A stretch of DNA of 64,000 bases, taken from Eledone cirrhosa. Lineage: Eukaryota. The notes below the pieces were generated by a model. The model was not told the origin of the DNA, did not search any database, and saw only the letters and a program-made list of their open reading frames with translations. The stretch lies in NCBI GenBank assembly GCA_964016885.1, contig OZ024741.1, positions 299,274,001 through 299,338,000 of the forward strand, in the 5' to 3' direction. The first letter of the stretch is position 1. Every line of letters begins with the position of its first letter. This document shows, piece after piece, positions 1 to 16,484 of this stretch. Made by a program: the position numbers and the translations under genes.

Positions 1-1244
1 GGAATATGCCAAAGTAAGATAAAATTATGAAAAAGTGAAATTAAGAATAAAATCAACCAATAAATGCAAAGAAACTGGCTGATAATATATAAAAAAATAA
101 CGGCAACACCTCAAAATATGCGGACTCAATATTGCATCGAGATTTCATTTACTTTCGAAAAAAAGAATATACTAGAAAATACTAGAAAATCCCATGACAT
201 GATCCAGTCTTATTTTGAATACACTCCCAAATTCCCTTTGCAATAGGTTATGAATGTGATATAATTTTAAACATAGAATGAACTACACAGAGCATATATC
301 TGCGAAACCTATTGACATCAGGAAATTTAAAATGAAATAAATATACTTGAAAAAGTGCTACTACACTTCAAATATTCCAGGATAAAAATTTCAAATAACG
401 TTTTTCATTTTAGATTTCTTACAACCTAAAATGTTTTTCCTATATTTAAAATTGTTCTTTTAACTTTTAATGTTTCAAGTTAATCAGGCATGTTTTTTTA
501 GTTATAAACGTTATTCACTCATTTACTTGTGAATTCCCAAATGTTTTTTTTCTATTTATATGATTCTAGATTTGATACTTGTGGCATTTTCTTTTTATTA
601 TTTATTCATCTTCTTGAAACTTGCTTTAGTATATAATATCCTTAACAATTTCTCCCAACAGATCTTAGCGTATTCCTTAACTTGAGTATGATGATATCAA
701 AGAAACGATATATCATTTTTTTTACTTTGTTTGTGACTTAATATTTTTAGAAATACATTTCTGCTTTGCAAGGTGTTTACTAGAATGTGATAAATTCTAG
801 TAAAGCACTTTCGTTCTATTTATGTAAAAAAGTAGAGATATAATTACAGAATAAAAAAATAAAAAGATATCTTTAACTATGAACTTAAGCTGAAAATTCA
901 TGTATCGTATCTCAGAAGTTTTACGTTTCTGATTATCAAATTGACTAGAGCAAGTCTAGTTGTGTGTCATTATACGAATAAAAAGAAATCATATTCGCAA
1001 ATACATAGGAATATGATTTTAGAAAAAAAGGAGAAAAAAATAAGAACAAATTGCTCCTGCATAGTATTTCTTAATTTGAAATTAAATCAAGTTTCTCCTT
1101 GTAATATATTTCCCATCTCTACCGAACAGAACTCTGCAAGACAAAGCGACGAGTAAGGATAGGAAATACTTTACCACGACCATGGAAAAAGTGCATAAAA
1201 AAGTTCAAACACGTGCTGGAGAATTATATATCTATCAATCTATT

Positions 1245-1555
<311 letters not shown>

Positions 1556-1593
1556 AATATATATAAGTACGCACACACACACACACACACATA

Positions 1594-1654
<61 letters not shown>

Positions 1655-1666
<12 letters not shown>

Positions 1667-1760
1667 AGACTTCACTCCGACATAGCTGTATACATACGTA
1701 AACATTGAGTATATCATATTTGATATACATGATTCACACGCACACGCACACACGCACACG

Positions 1761-1798
<38 letters not shown>

Positions 1799-2295
1799 AA
1801 ATTAAAAACTTCACTCCGACATAGCTGTATGCATACGTAAACATAGAGTGTATCATATTTGATATACATAATCCACACACACAGACACACAGACGCACAC
1901 GCACACACACACATATATATATATATATATACGATATTAATAAATGGAAACTATATTTATAAAACAACGGTCAATTTTGAAAGGGGTACGTCAATGTCTA
2001 TTTATAAAACTGTTATATATTGTATTTTGTCTGATACCATAATGTAACTTGATATCCTTGAAATATATATAATGAAATAAATATGGTTTTATAAATATAG
2101 TTTCCATTTATTAATATCGTATATCTACTCCAAATATTTGTCGAGTGCTTTATATCAGTTATAAAAATATTTGCTTGTTGTATCCCAACAATTTAAATAA
2201 AACTTTTGCATATATATAACATTAAAGACTTGACTCCGACATAGCTGTATACATATGTAAACATAGAGTGTATCATATTTGATATACAAAATTCA
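1655..2295. repeat. Three direct copies of an ~85-bp unit (about 1655-1745, 1795-1875, 2215-2295) separated by microsatellites
   Basis: ATTAAAGACTTCACTCCGACATAGCTGTATACATACGTAAACAT..GTATCATATTTGATATAC recurs three times. Confidence 0.9.
1929..2122. repeat. 37-bp inverted repeat enclosing a decayed hammerhead/pLTR fragment
   Basis: ATACGATATTAATAAATGGAAACTATATTTATAAAAC with its reverse complement at 2086-2122; 2020-2120 resembles 17405-17515. Confidence 0.85.
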
Positions 2296-2943
2296 CACAC
2301 AGAGATACACACACGCACACGCATACACACACACAAACAAACAAACAAACACACACACACACACACACATACGCACACACACACACACACTCACACACAC
2401 ATATATAAATATATATATCACGTTTAGTATAGAAATGGCTTCTGGAAATCATTCAAAAGATATCACATATAAAAAGCTGGTTTTCTGAAAGGGGTCGTGA
2501 ATAAACCACATTTCAATAAATTACCCAATGCATTGGATGAGAACATATTTATCTAATTTATGTATAAATGACCTCTGTGGACTAGACTTGTTTTATTCAT
2601 ATGAAATATCAGGAATAACGACGGATATTCCTGATATTTCATACAAATGAAACGCATGTAGTCATATCTTTTTGCCTTTCCCTGCTCTTTCTCCTTTAAC
2701 TCTCTCTATTTATATATGTGTGAGTGCGTGTGTAAGTATTATTATAAATGTAATGCATTGAATGCAGCCTTCACATAATGTCCATAGAGTTAAGATAATA
2801 TTTGTTATTAATAGTTACTAGTTACCGTGACGTATCGCCGAAACATGCTTTTTAACTACTGTTTTATCATAGATTATTCGAATTAAACAGTAACTATTAA
2901 TGACTTATTCATTTACATACATACATACATAGACATACACATT

Positions 2944-2978
<35 letters not shown>

Positions 2979-3272
2979 ATGTTTGTGTGAGTGAGTGTGT
3001 GCGTGTGTGTATGTGTGAGTGTGTGTGAGTGTGTGTGAGTGTATGTGTGTGTATGTGTGGAATGTGTGTTTATTGACAAATGACATGCATCAGAGTATTG
3101 TCATATTAGTTTTGTAAAATTCCCATTTTATATAACTCTTTATATTCACTCTTCTTTTAAATTGTATTATACACTTTTATGTATGAAATCTTTCGTCGTA
3201 TATTTACAACCTGATAATTGATATTCTATTTTACACTATCTGCATCAATATATATTCTATTTTACTACATCC

Positions 3273-3335
3273 AATATTACTACGTACAATGCAATATTAC
3301 TACGGACAATGCAATTTTACTACATACAATGCAAT
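3273..3335. repeat. 20-bp minisatellite, three copies
   Basis: CAATATTACTACGTACAATG repeated three times with point variants. Confidence 0.9.
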
Positions 3336-5361
3336 AGGATGTCTTAGTATTTGACGTCGAGAGTTTGAGTATTCTGTCGTCACGCGTACACTTAACATAT
3401 TTCTCAGGGAGATTCAGTATAACACAATCTGTTAAACGGCAGGGATTTTCATGAACATGTACAATTCATTTATGTCAAAAATATATCCTGCTCATGAATA
3501 TAACGTGCTAACAGGTCCTATTGATCGTAAGACCAGAACCCTAGCCACTAGACAACAAACCTTCACCGATTCTGTCGTAGATGTACAACAAGCGGTTATG
3601 ATACTTATTATAGAAATAAGTACACAAAAATATACATAGCTGGGTGTGTGTTTTAATTGTTCGGTTACTATTACCCAAAGAATGCAAATATTTTAAAGAA
3701 ATTAATATCATTTATCAATGAATCATATAATCCCAGAAGTACTAAGATTAAAACACAAGTGTTATCCATTCCATTATTTGTTCATTTTATCGATTATGTT
3801 TCTTTGTCGTATTCAGCAGCCACAATGTAGAAAACTTCTTGCATTGCACAAATTATATCGTTACAAAATTCATTTAACTTTTTTTTTGTGTGCGAAACAT
3901 GTTATTAATGAAGCGTAAATCTCAAAGGAGTCTGATTCAAACGAGAATTTATCTTTTATTTTACTGAATAGAACTTCTTTTAGTTATTATTTTAAATTTC
4001 ACCAGAATTATGGCACGGTTTTCTGACATAAAAGCATCCATTTTCCTCTTTAAGTTACTATGTTTAAATACATGAATGTTATTGAAAATTTTATTTACAA
4101 AATAAAAGCAATTAAATATAAATAATTTGGTCTACGTTATACCAGTTCTAAACTGTCAACTAACAACTGAATGAATAAGACGTTCTATATTGTGCTTCTA
4201 TCTATCATTACTATCAGCTGAAATGCTATACCATTCAGAGAAAAAAAATCATTGTAAGCGATTGACATGTGACCTTTAACATGGGACATGTGACAAGAGC
4301 TGCATTAGTCAACTTTCAACAAAATTTAATTTAAATTCCGATTAAATGCAATTCCATTCATTTTCCCAATCATTCCAAGTTCTTACCGATTTCCCAAGAG
4401 TTTATGAAGTGTTGTCAAGTTTACGTAAAATATAATTATATATTTAATAACTGAATTCTCCTTCCATCATGGTATTGTATTTAATTAGAAATTTTTGATT
4501 ATTTGAACTAAATTAATTTACACAAAAACAATCCAAATCAATTCCATTTCCTACCAATCCTGTTTCTCTTTTAAATAAAATCAACAACAGATTTTATGTT
4601 ATTTTACTGGGAGGGTTTTTCACCAGACATAGATACATGTTTATACAAATAGAACAGTACACGTACATACAATCACCCACTCACCGGTACACACACAAAC
4701 ATATTCACACATATTTAGACATGTATATATACACAAATGTCTTCGCATACAAACATCCAAGTACGCACATCAAATCCTTCGTGTTGGAAATATTGAAAAA
4801 AAACCGGTTAATTTAGCAAACCATGGCACCGGATATTAAGGGTGTCCATTTTAAACTTTTCTTTTCTTCAGAATTTACCATTCGTTCTTGCATTAGCATT
4901 CGTAAATAAAATTGTTCGGTTTCAACAAGTTGAGAATCATTCTATAGAATTGATTCTATTACATTCTGTATTTCTTTATAATTATTACGTCAAACTTCGA
5001 CAAAGGAGTTATTTTGAAGAATACAGTCAAAATTCTGCCTAATATATAATTCTATAGTAAATTAGATTTGTAACGAATGAATTTTGATGACAATGCTACG
5101 CACAGATCTACACATTAGTACTCATACACAATAATATATAGATGGACTTGTAGGGGTGCGTCCTGACACATACTATGAATTGGGCAGTTTAAAACTAGGT
5201 GAAACCATCTCTGTTCTGATTGAAAAACAATGAATTTCGACCTCGAAATTGTATATCTCGGAATTTGAAGTCAGAGTGGGCTGAGCTGGAACACATTTTC
5301 AATCCGACGCCCCTAAAGCCTCTGCAGTTCGCCGTCATATACAAGGATCCTACCCTATTAA

Positions 5362-5572
5362 ATAATGGTTTCTTATAACGCCACAAAGCCAGCAATTTTG
5401 GAGGGAGGGTTAATTCGATTAAATCGACCCCAGTGCATGACTGGTACTATATTTTATCGACCCTTAAAGGAAGAAAGGCATATTTAAACTCAGCGGCATT
5501 TGAACTCAGATCATAAAGGGCCGTAACTCTATGCTGCAAAGCATGGCGTCCGAGCCTCTACAGATACTGCCA
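5362..5572 (-). mobile_element. tRNA-derived SINE (dominant family of this window)
   Basis: Reverse complement of head TTGGCAGTATC..., B box GAGTTCAAATGCC and body GGGTCGATAAAATA..GTACCAGT. Confidence 0.85.
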
Positions 5573-6070
5573 AAATAATATCAAAAGATCGGAACCTAAG
5601 GTAAAGGAAAGGAAAGGAAAACGGTAGGAGGAAAATAAATTTGGCAGTATATATTTATATATTTGTATGATTGTGTTTAAAGTCCCCAAACATAATTTGC
5701 TGCTTACGCTGGTGTAGCGGCTTTCATTAGAAATATGGTAAAGAAATGGTTAAATATTTGAAAAAATACTCAAGGACCATTACATTATCCTTGTAAAATA
5801 TTCCCGCTCTACATAAGCATATATGCGAAGTTAATGTACATCTATTATGTACGACAAATTTTGTTTCGTTAATCTCATAATACAATGTTGGGACAAAACA
5901 GGAATCAGTATCAGTTGCTTTATAACGCCCTGCAGATATATCACTATAGCAAGGAACAATAAAATGTGCTGCAAAAACATACATGCATGCATACATACAT
6001 AGATACATACATACATACATACATAACACGAATACAAACATACATAGATACATATACACATAACATACAT

Positions 6071-6570
6071 GCATAATGGCTGCAAACTCAGCTACGTGTA
6101 TTGCAATCGCTTGTCAGATTACCAGCCATACGTACCTGTAACATATCCTGCACAAGCAAAGCCTGTACTTTGAAGGATTTTGTAAGTGGGGAAAGTCCTT
6201 GCACTCGACCAATCCCACTCTCTGAGCATCAAAAACACTACCCGAAAAGGAGAACTGATCAACATCACCAGGTGCTTCCGAAGCCGCAGTTTTTTTGATT
6301 TCAGAGTTTCCCTCTCTGAGAAAGGTGTTGTGACAACAACTGGGCGTCTTTCATTCCCAAGTGGGGAAAACAGTACTACTTGGATGGCCGTTGACTCTGC
6401 TAAGTTCATCCGCATTTGCTGGGTGTTGTATGTTATCTCGCAGGGTATCCACATATCACCCTCCTCACCAAGGAAGATTGGTGGGGTTGCCAGTTCAGTC
6501 GCCGACGCCTGACCATGAGACAGGTTGTACTGGGTTACATGTTACCAGTAGCACTCGAGAGTGACCTCAC
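6071..6570. mobile_element. ~500-bp non-coding interspersed element bounded by (TACA)n
   Basis: End-to-end similarity to reverse complement of 22825-23300; partial relatives at 20450-20645 and 20658-20938. Confidence 0.8.
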
Positions 6571-6601
6571 ATACATACATACATACATACATACATACAT
6601 A

Positions 6602-9600
6602 CATTCCATCATTCAACGCGATCAGTCGCATATTTTGGCGTGGGAGACTATTTATTAAATTTAAGATAAATACTATCTCCGACAGTAATGCCACAACTAC
6701 GGCCAGGTTGAATAACTGGTTATTCTTCTAACTATCCCTTCTGAAGACACCTTTTATTCGAATTCGTAGAGATATCCGACTAAATACGTAATTCATTTTA
6801 CAAGGATTTGCTACAAACAGCATGGCTGAACACAACATCAACAAGAAAATTAAGGAAGTATCGGAGACAAATAACAAAGAAGGTAATCAAACTTTATTCA
6901 GTTGTAGCTACAGAAGAAACCGAAATTATAAATCGCATTTCTCTTGGAGTTGCGAACTTAATAATGATTTATTTAATTGTTATAAAATGGCAAAAAACAA
7001 TCCCTCCATTGGCTATATGAATAGAATGAAGCTACACTGGGACTAAATGCATCCAGAACTAAATTATTTCACAGCGAAACAATTACGCCAACAAGCGACG
7101 TTTGTTGAACGTAAAAATAAGATAAATATTATTAATTGTAAGTCCCCCACAACAAACATGGAATCAACAACACGTGCTACAGGTCGCCATGCTACTAGAC
7201 TTCCTAGCAGCCAGGTCGAACAGCGCCTTGAAACAACTATGCCTGTACCATCTAAGTCTACCTCGAATGCTGGGGAAAACACTATCGATAATAATAATAA
7301 TCGAAGAAATAATAATAATAATCAAATAAATGTGACACCACGTATACCATCCGAGTCTACCTCGACTGTTGTGAAAAATACTATCGATAATGATAATCAA
7401 AAGTATAAGCAATTGAAAATTTCCCTCAACGAAATCTTCCAGAGAGAAATTAACTTATGTATAAATATCTCTCTGGCTGAACGTGTTAAAATGACAATGG
7501 TGAATAAAAAACCAAAAACGTGTTATTGACGAAATAGGGGATGATATTTACGACGGATAAAAACCCCAACATTTTGGCAAATCAACGCCTGTGTATATGC
7601 CTTAGTAATGACAGTGAAGCATTATCTTGGTGATAGCAGAGATATTAACAAGAACAAAACACCACCAAAAATACCATTATATATAACTAAAATAGAAAAA
7701 AAAGTGCTGACCTACGAAAAAACATAGGACATGTGATAATGCTCCTTACATGCAAACAAACACAAATAAAACCTCACTCCTCACCAACAAAGAGTGAAAA
7801 ATAAAATAGAGACGATGTTTGGTAACATTAGAACCAGAACTCTCCAATATAAACTGATCGCCCTCAAACAAGGATTGAGAGCTGTTAGTGAAAAACGCCG
7901 ATACCTGAAGAAGGTAGATGAGAGAAAAATGCTTAATAAAAGATTCAGACGAAACCAAACATCAGTCTATAGAGATATGAAGGGCAAAATAATAAGTGTC
8001 ACTTAGGCCCCATCCCAGAAAGACATAGATTCCTTTTGGAGAAAAATATGGGGTGAAAAGAAGAATTTCAACCAAGATGCAGTGTGGCTAAGAGAAATCC
8101 GAAAGAACTATTGCTCCTACTACAACAAAAACATACGAAATAAGTGAGGGTACTCTTGAGACTGTGATAGGAAAACTCCAATATGAGAAAACACCAGGAA
8201 GAGACATGATTGTCGGCTACTGGTACAAAAAACTAATATTCTATCGGAGGTATCTTACTGACCTCTACCAACAAGTTGTTAAGGGAGATACACTTATACC
8301 AGAATGGTTGACATTAGCACAAACGTTACAGGTCCCCAAGAACAAAGACACCCACTTAGCAAAAAACTACCGACCCATTGCATGCCAGAACCTGATGTAT
8401 AAGATGTATACAGCCTGCCTCAACCTATTCCTCCAAGATCACTGTGAAAATAATAACATCATCACAGATGAACAAGCAGCTGGAAAGAAAAGGGTTTAGG
8501 GATGTGCTGAACAACTCCTAATCAACAAAACTGCGATGTCGGAGGTGCGACAACTTAGGAAGAATATGACTACAGTCTGGCTGGACTACAAGAAAGCTTT
8601 CGATTCTGTTCCCCACTCTTGGATGATGGAGCCCCTCCAACTTGCTAAATTCCCAGACATTATTGTCAGAGCCATAGAGAGGCTGTCTTCTTGGGCTACT
8701 ATCCTAAGGTTAAAGACAGAGAGGGAGGACTCTATTTTCACTGATAAAATAGAATATTGCAGGGTTATATTTCAGAGAGAGAGTCTCTCTCTGTGATATT
8801 GTTCATCTTGTCATTAAACCCCTTGTCCTTTCTGCTCAAGAAATGTGAGGGATACATCATTGGCTCACAGGAGGACAGAAATACGAACCTAACCGATAAC
8901 TTCTTTGTGGACGATCTGAAACTCTATGCCAAGAACATGGATGGGATGAAAAACAATCTTGACCTGGTTACAACGTTCTCAAAGGATATAGGAATGGAGT
9001 TTGGCCAAGATAAATGATCATACGTGACTGTAAAGCGGGGAAAAACAACAACCCAATCTAGCAACATTGTCCTCAATGGTCTAACTGTTTCACCGATATC
9101 TGATGAGGACTGCTACAGATACATGGGGATAGATGAGAACATATCCTATAATGGTATCTGTAATAAAGAACGCGTAACCAGGGAATACTACACCCGATTA
9201 AGAAAGATCTGGTCATCGGAACTCTCTGCGTAAAACAAAACAGTGGCTCACAATGTGTTTGCTGTGCCTGTCCTAACACCAACGTTTGGAATACTCAATT
9301 GGACGATAGACGAAATCCGAGCAGTTGATGTTGGAAATCGGGATGTCGCTCAGCAGTATCGCAGTGAATGAAAAACTGTATGCCTATCAGCAAAAAATCA
9401 TGCATGGATATGTTGCTAGGAAGCTCCAAGGTGAGAGTAATGTGGATAAGGAAAGTAGTCTATCTTGGACCAACAACTGTTATATTGGCTCCCACTTTGA
9501 AGGATACGCTTTTGCAATCCAAGAACATGAGATTAGCACGAAATACCTGATTCACAAAAGAGATAGGGATGCAGGCAAAACACCTAGATGTGATAACAAG

Positions 9601-10421
9601 TGCAGACTCTGCAGAACTCACATCGAGGATATCACCCATGTCATCAGTAGCTGTCCAAAGATGTCATTACGGTACTATCTACCTATGAGGCATGATATAG
9701 TGGCCAAAACACTGTACAATGCAGTTCGTAAAAAAAAGATAGCCCTGATAATAAACACATTAAAAGCTACAACAATATGGAAGACATCCATGTACATAAT
9801 ATGAATGAGTACTTGTGGAATGTTCCAGTAAAAACCCTAATAAAATGCAGGCATAGCAGACCAGCTATTATGATATGGGACAGGGAGAAGAAAACATCCA
9901 CAGTAGTGGAAATTAGCTGCCCAGCAGATGCCAATATAATATCAAAGATTAGGGAAAAGGAGAATATTTATGCAGAACTGATGAGAAATCTGGAGATACT
10001 CCACCCTGATTACACCTTCAGATTTATGCCTGTGATTATTGGGGGACTGGGGTATGTTAGTAACTGCCTCAATATAAATCATAAGAAATAAGCTTCACAG
10101 GAACAGAAAGAACACAACTAGTTAGGAAACTACAAGTATAATCCATTAATGGAACAGTAAAAATATGTAAAACATTCCAAACATTCTGCATCTAATAACT
10201 GCATATACACATGTACAGATACAAAGCATACACACATGCACACATACAACTCAAAACATCCACATCCACACATACAATAACATCCATATCTACACATGCA
10301 TGCATACATACATATCTACCTAGTTGATGTTGTGTAAATTCCAATGAGAGAGTCTTGTGTCTATTAGAAACCGACTCTCTCTCTATTGGTAAAACTTTGT
10401 GAAATTATAAAACCAGAAGAA
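6602..10421 (+). mobile_element. Near full-length decayed R4/Dong-clade non-LTR retrotransposon (RT + CCHC + restriction-like endonuclease)
   Basis: Fragmented ORF ~6822-10195 with KTPGRD, YRPIAC, WLDYKKAFDSVPH, FFVDDLKLY, IGMEFGQDK, CRLC..EDITHVISSC, RHD, RP(D)..IWD, VVEISCP; (TACA)n on both sides; internal deletion near 9337 relative to copy at 28688-30459. Confidence 0.93.
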
Positions 10422-11559
10422 CATACATACATACTTACATAACGGGTTCCCACACTGTTACCATTCACTTATTAAGAATTGGTCAAATTGAAGCGATAAT
10501 AAAAGAATATTTCCTTGTACATCGCGCAAGAAAATCGAAGCCGGAACACTGCTGTTGCGAAATAAAGTACATAGCTATGCATATGCATATTCACTAGTAC
10601 ACATACTTATTATACGCCTATTTATCTATTCCTGTATGTATTTCCGTATTTAATTTATTTTTATCTGGGTTTGGTATGTTTTAGTTTCGAAAAATTATTT
10701 CCTTTCAAATATTTTTCTTGGGGGAATTAAAGAAGAAAGAGCAATCGAAAACGATCGTTTGATCCACTTATCAGTACTTTCTTTGTTTTTCTTTGAAATA
10801 ACCAATTTTATTTCGCTTAAACGTCAATCAATTTATTTAAATTTGCTTCCGAATTGCATTAGATAAATTGTTTTCAGTATCAGCAAATAAATACGGGAGA
10901 AAAAATGAAATAAACTTACGTAAAAGAAAACGATATGAGTTAAAATAAACAAAAGATATATCGATGTTTATTCTGAAAACAAACACTGGCATTATATTTT
11001 CATTATAAATAATAATTTATTATATTTCTGGTCTCAGTTTCTGCACTGGGTCTGGACTGCTGCATTACCATCAAGGATCTTTGTCGGTTGTATCGAACCT
11101 AATATACTTGATATATGTTTCATTACGTACTTAATATAGCAATCCCGCTAGGGACGAATATTTAAGTCGCCTTTGAAGTAAAGTGATGTAACATGAAAGA
11201 AATACCGTTGATTATTTTAGTACCGCTATTTCCCAAGCCTACATATAAACTTCCACACACACACACACACATTCACAAATACATACAATCATACTTATAT
11301 ATATATATAAACAACTTCATAAGAAATACTTTGAGCAACTGCATGTGTGTGTGTAAATATATAACCTCATAACGACAAAATGAAATAGAAATGTGAAACC
11401 AGAAAAAACAAGTGGGACAGAATAGCGATATTCATTGAGGAGGCCACATACTGCTGTGACGAAAGAGTTTTGACGGAAGAATAAAGATGAAGTGAAGGTT
11501 ATATGGTGCGTTTGTTGAATTTGCAAAATGACAATCCCCTGTTATTTTTCTGTAAACAC

Positions 11560-11755
11560 ATTGTTTTTCAGATTCCGCCCTGCTCGTCCCTTCAATCTTT
11601 CTAATTTTTCATTCCTTCTTCTGATCAAGTACTAGCGTCTGAAACGTTAAGACACACTTCCTGCTATTCCATTTCAAGCGTTAAACTAATATATACCTTC
11701 CATACACTGTAGCGATTGCGTTGTTATTTCTGTTTACCTTTTACCCACTAACACA
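11560..11755 (+). mobile_element. PLE-type pLTR fragment with decayed hammerhead (11617-11652)
   Basis: Homologous to 59560-59755; core CTGATCA (G8 lost) ... GAAACGTTAAGA. Confidence 0.7.
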
Positions 11756-11766
11756 TATATATATAT

Positions 11767-11945
11767 ATTGTTATAATTTAGGCGAGTCAGGTTGCCAATA
11801 AAAGCACACACACCTGTTGGTTTTCACTTCAATTTATTATAAATTTCAGGTTGTTTATATATTGGCAACATGGCCCTCCCAAAGTCTAACAATATCTGTT
11901 TCAACACATGGTTTTAGATAAGAAATCTCGTCTGATCGGGTTTCG
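11767..11945. mobile_element. Fold-back fragment of the PLE pLTR family of 42820-43910
   Basis: Inverted ATTGTTATAATTTAGG...TTGCCAATA followed by sense TATTGGCAACATGGCCCTCCCAAAGTCTAACAATATC. Confidence 0.75.
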
Positions 11946-12267
11946 GAACGTATGTCGGTGTTGGTAGAGCCGAGTCTTAAAGTCACAAGCGGTTAAACCT
12001 ATATAAGCTTTGTTAGAGGTGTCCATCCTCACGCTGCACTGGTAGATCACGTTATGTTCTCGGCCATATATATATAATTCTTATTTAGCAACTTCTATTC
12101 TCAACTCATTCTATAGCATTGGCCGAAAAAGCGACACCAACTAAATATAGCAGCTGTGTTAGACTCCTTAGTTTTTGTTTCATTTCACTTCTCAATTTCC
12201 AATTTTATATTCTGATATATCCTTCAATTATTACTATTTATTATTTTTCGGTGAATTGGCAGTATCG

Positions 12268-12460
12268 AGGGCGGTGATTTGGCAGTATCGGTAGAGGGTC
12301 GGACACCATGTTTTGACGCATAGAGTTACGGCCCTTGCCATTCTGAGTTCAAATCCCGCCGAGGTTAACTTTGCCTTTCATCCTTACGGGGTCGATAAAA
12401 TAAAGTAGCAGTAATGTACTGGTAATTGCTGGCCTTGTGCCAATAGTAGAAACAATTATT
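12268..12460 (+). mobile_element. tRNA-derived SINE with short duplicated head (12249-12267)
   Basis: GGCGGTGATTTGGCAGTATCGG (A box), GAGTTCAAATCCC (B box), family body, AAACAATTATT tail. Confidence 0.9.
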
Positions 12461-12789
12461 TTTTATTATATTTTTTTTATTATGTTTTTTCATTGTCTCC
12501 TAATCTCATTTGATTTACCCACTCTATTACATCTCTCCTCCATTTTCTCCAGAAACCTTTTACGCTTACCTCCTCTGGCCTACTCTCATACACATTCCTT
12601 AGAATTTGCCGTATAGAGTTCACCTTCAATGCTTGACCGGTTCCACTCACTCCCTTATCCTTCTACAGGCAAGTTCTGCCACCCCACCTCCCACCTACTG
12701 CCATGATAGACTCATCTGTGTTTGCTACAAATTTTGACCAACCCTCTTGACAACTACAATCTTCCCATACAAGGAAGTAGCCCTTGAAA

Positions 12790-12970
12790 AGTTCGGCTAT
12801 TTAGTTACCAGACTAAAGACTCTTATTTTAGTCCAGAAATAGCCGTCGAAACGGCTTGAGCTCTGCCGTCGGGGTCATACTTTCTCCTATTACCCACTCT
12901 ACTACCCTAAGTATTGAGTACTCTAGTGTGTTATGGTCCATCTGGTTCCTTACCACAACTCCTTCGTTAT
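12790..12970. mobile_element. Short hairpin-headed repeat family (GCCGTCGAAACGGC), probable PLE pLTR derivative
   Basis: Same sequence at 15388-15440, 42070-42245, 49830-50043 and 62530-62723. Confidence 0.75.
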
Positions 12971-12974
12971 ACAT

Positions 12975-13378
12975 ATATATCTGAAAATGTGTGTTGAAAC
13001 AGATATTGTTATACTTTGGGAGAGTCATGCTGCTCATAATAACACATGCTTCTGTTGGCTTTTACTTCAACTTATTATAAATTTCCGGTTGATCGGTTTA
13101 ATAACCGGACAGTTGTTTATATAGTCTCAAAGCTCTTTCATCACATATTCTGTGACCTCCCCAGTGACTGATATCTTAGTTTGTGTTCCTCATTTACTTG
13201 GTCCTACACCATCTTGTTTGTCTATGTGCGTTGTGTGACGAAAGAGGTTTGACAATATATAAACAACCATCCGGTTATTCAACCAACCAACCGAACATTC
13301 ATTTATAATAAATTGAAGTGAAAACCAATAGATTCGTGTGTTTCTATTGGCAGCATGATCATCTCAAAGTATAACAAT
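12975..13378. mobile_element. Inverted pair of PLE pLTR fragments (family of 42820-43910)
   Basis: 12996-13215 antisense and 13230-13378 sense; decayed hammerhead halves. Confidence 0.8.
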
Positions 13379-13959
13379 ATATATATACTATACAACTTTT
13401 CATCGAATTTCCATTCGTTTTAAGCGGACACTATAGAGACGAGGGGTTAATAATTACACGCAAACGTGACGGATAACACCTTAAGATTACAGACAAATCT
13501 AGACTATTTTTTCATAGATCTCTGATGAACTAACATTGTAGAAAGTTGATTAAAAATGTTCACCTTCCGAGATATCAATTTAAAATTAAATACATTATTA
13601 CATACCTATACATACATATATACATACACATACATACATACATACATACACACAATCATACATATATACACACGTACATACATACACATACATACACACA
13701 TATATACACGCATACATACGCATGCACAAATATAGAAATATGTACGCACACCTACATACTCACACACAAATAATTATAAGAAAAAATATAATAATAAAAA
13801 TACCCTCACATAAGAATAAAAATGAATATAAAGAGTATTATAGTGTTGACAGCGATACAGGCAAGAAATAAATGAACAAACACACGTGGTAAGCAATACA
13901 CACAATTGCACGTACACATACATACGTAACAATATATACATACACACACTCTAACACAC

Positions 13960-15900
<1,941 letters not shown>

Positions 15901-16433
15901 TGTGTGTATGTATGTATATATATGTTTATGTATATATATATATATGCATGTATATGTGTGTGCGTGTGTGTGTGTGTGTATGCATGTTTGTGTATTTGTA
16001 TGTATGTGTATGTATAGATATATTGATAATTATGTGTGTATGTATGTATGTGTATATGTATTTGTATTTATATATATACACATATATATGTGTGTGTGTG
16101 TATATATGTGTGTGTGTATGTATGTGTGTATGTATATATATATGTGTATGTATATAATTGTGTGTGTATGTGTTTGCATGTGTGTTTATTTTTCCTTTGC
16201 TACTTCCTTTTCCAGCCTCACTTTCATATAGATTATATTTTTGTTTTTAAAATCAAATACCAATAAATACACCAGGATTTTTTCAATCTGATGGTTGAAA
16301 GCAAAATTTGTTTGCTTTTAAGAAACAACTGGTAAATGAAATAATTGCCTTATGTTATTTATTACATAACTATTAAGCTCTGTTACCTACATAGAGCACT
16401 CTTTTTTCCTGGACTTTTCCGACGGAATTACTT

Positions 16434-16481
<48 letters not shown>

Positions 16482-16484
<3 letters not shown>

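Noticed and set aside
1655-2295. Repeat-spacer pattern resembling a CRISPR array
   Set aside because: Units are ~85 bp, spacers are microsatellites of variable length, context is eukaryotic and no cas genes are present
3451-3639. Protein-like 62-aa ORF as a host exon
   Set aside because: In-frame stop at 3433 after the best acceptor and no recognisable domain
4838-4870. Mariner-like TIR start (TAAGGGTGTCCATTTT)
   Set aside because: No matching second TIR found
6440-6515. HDV-like ribozyme in the ~500-bp element (CCCTCCTC motif)
   Set aside because: Could not build P1/P2/P3 by eye; needs a descriptor search
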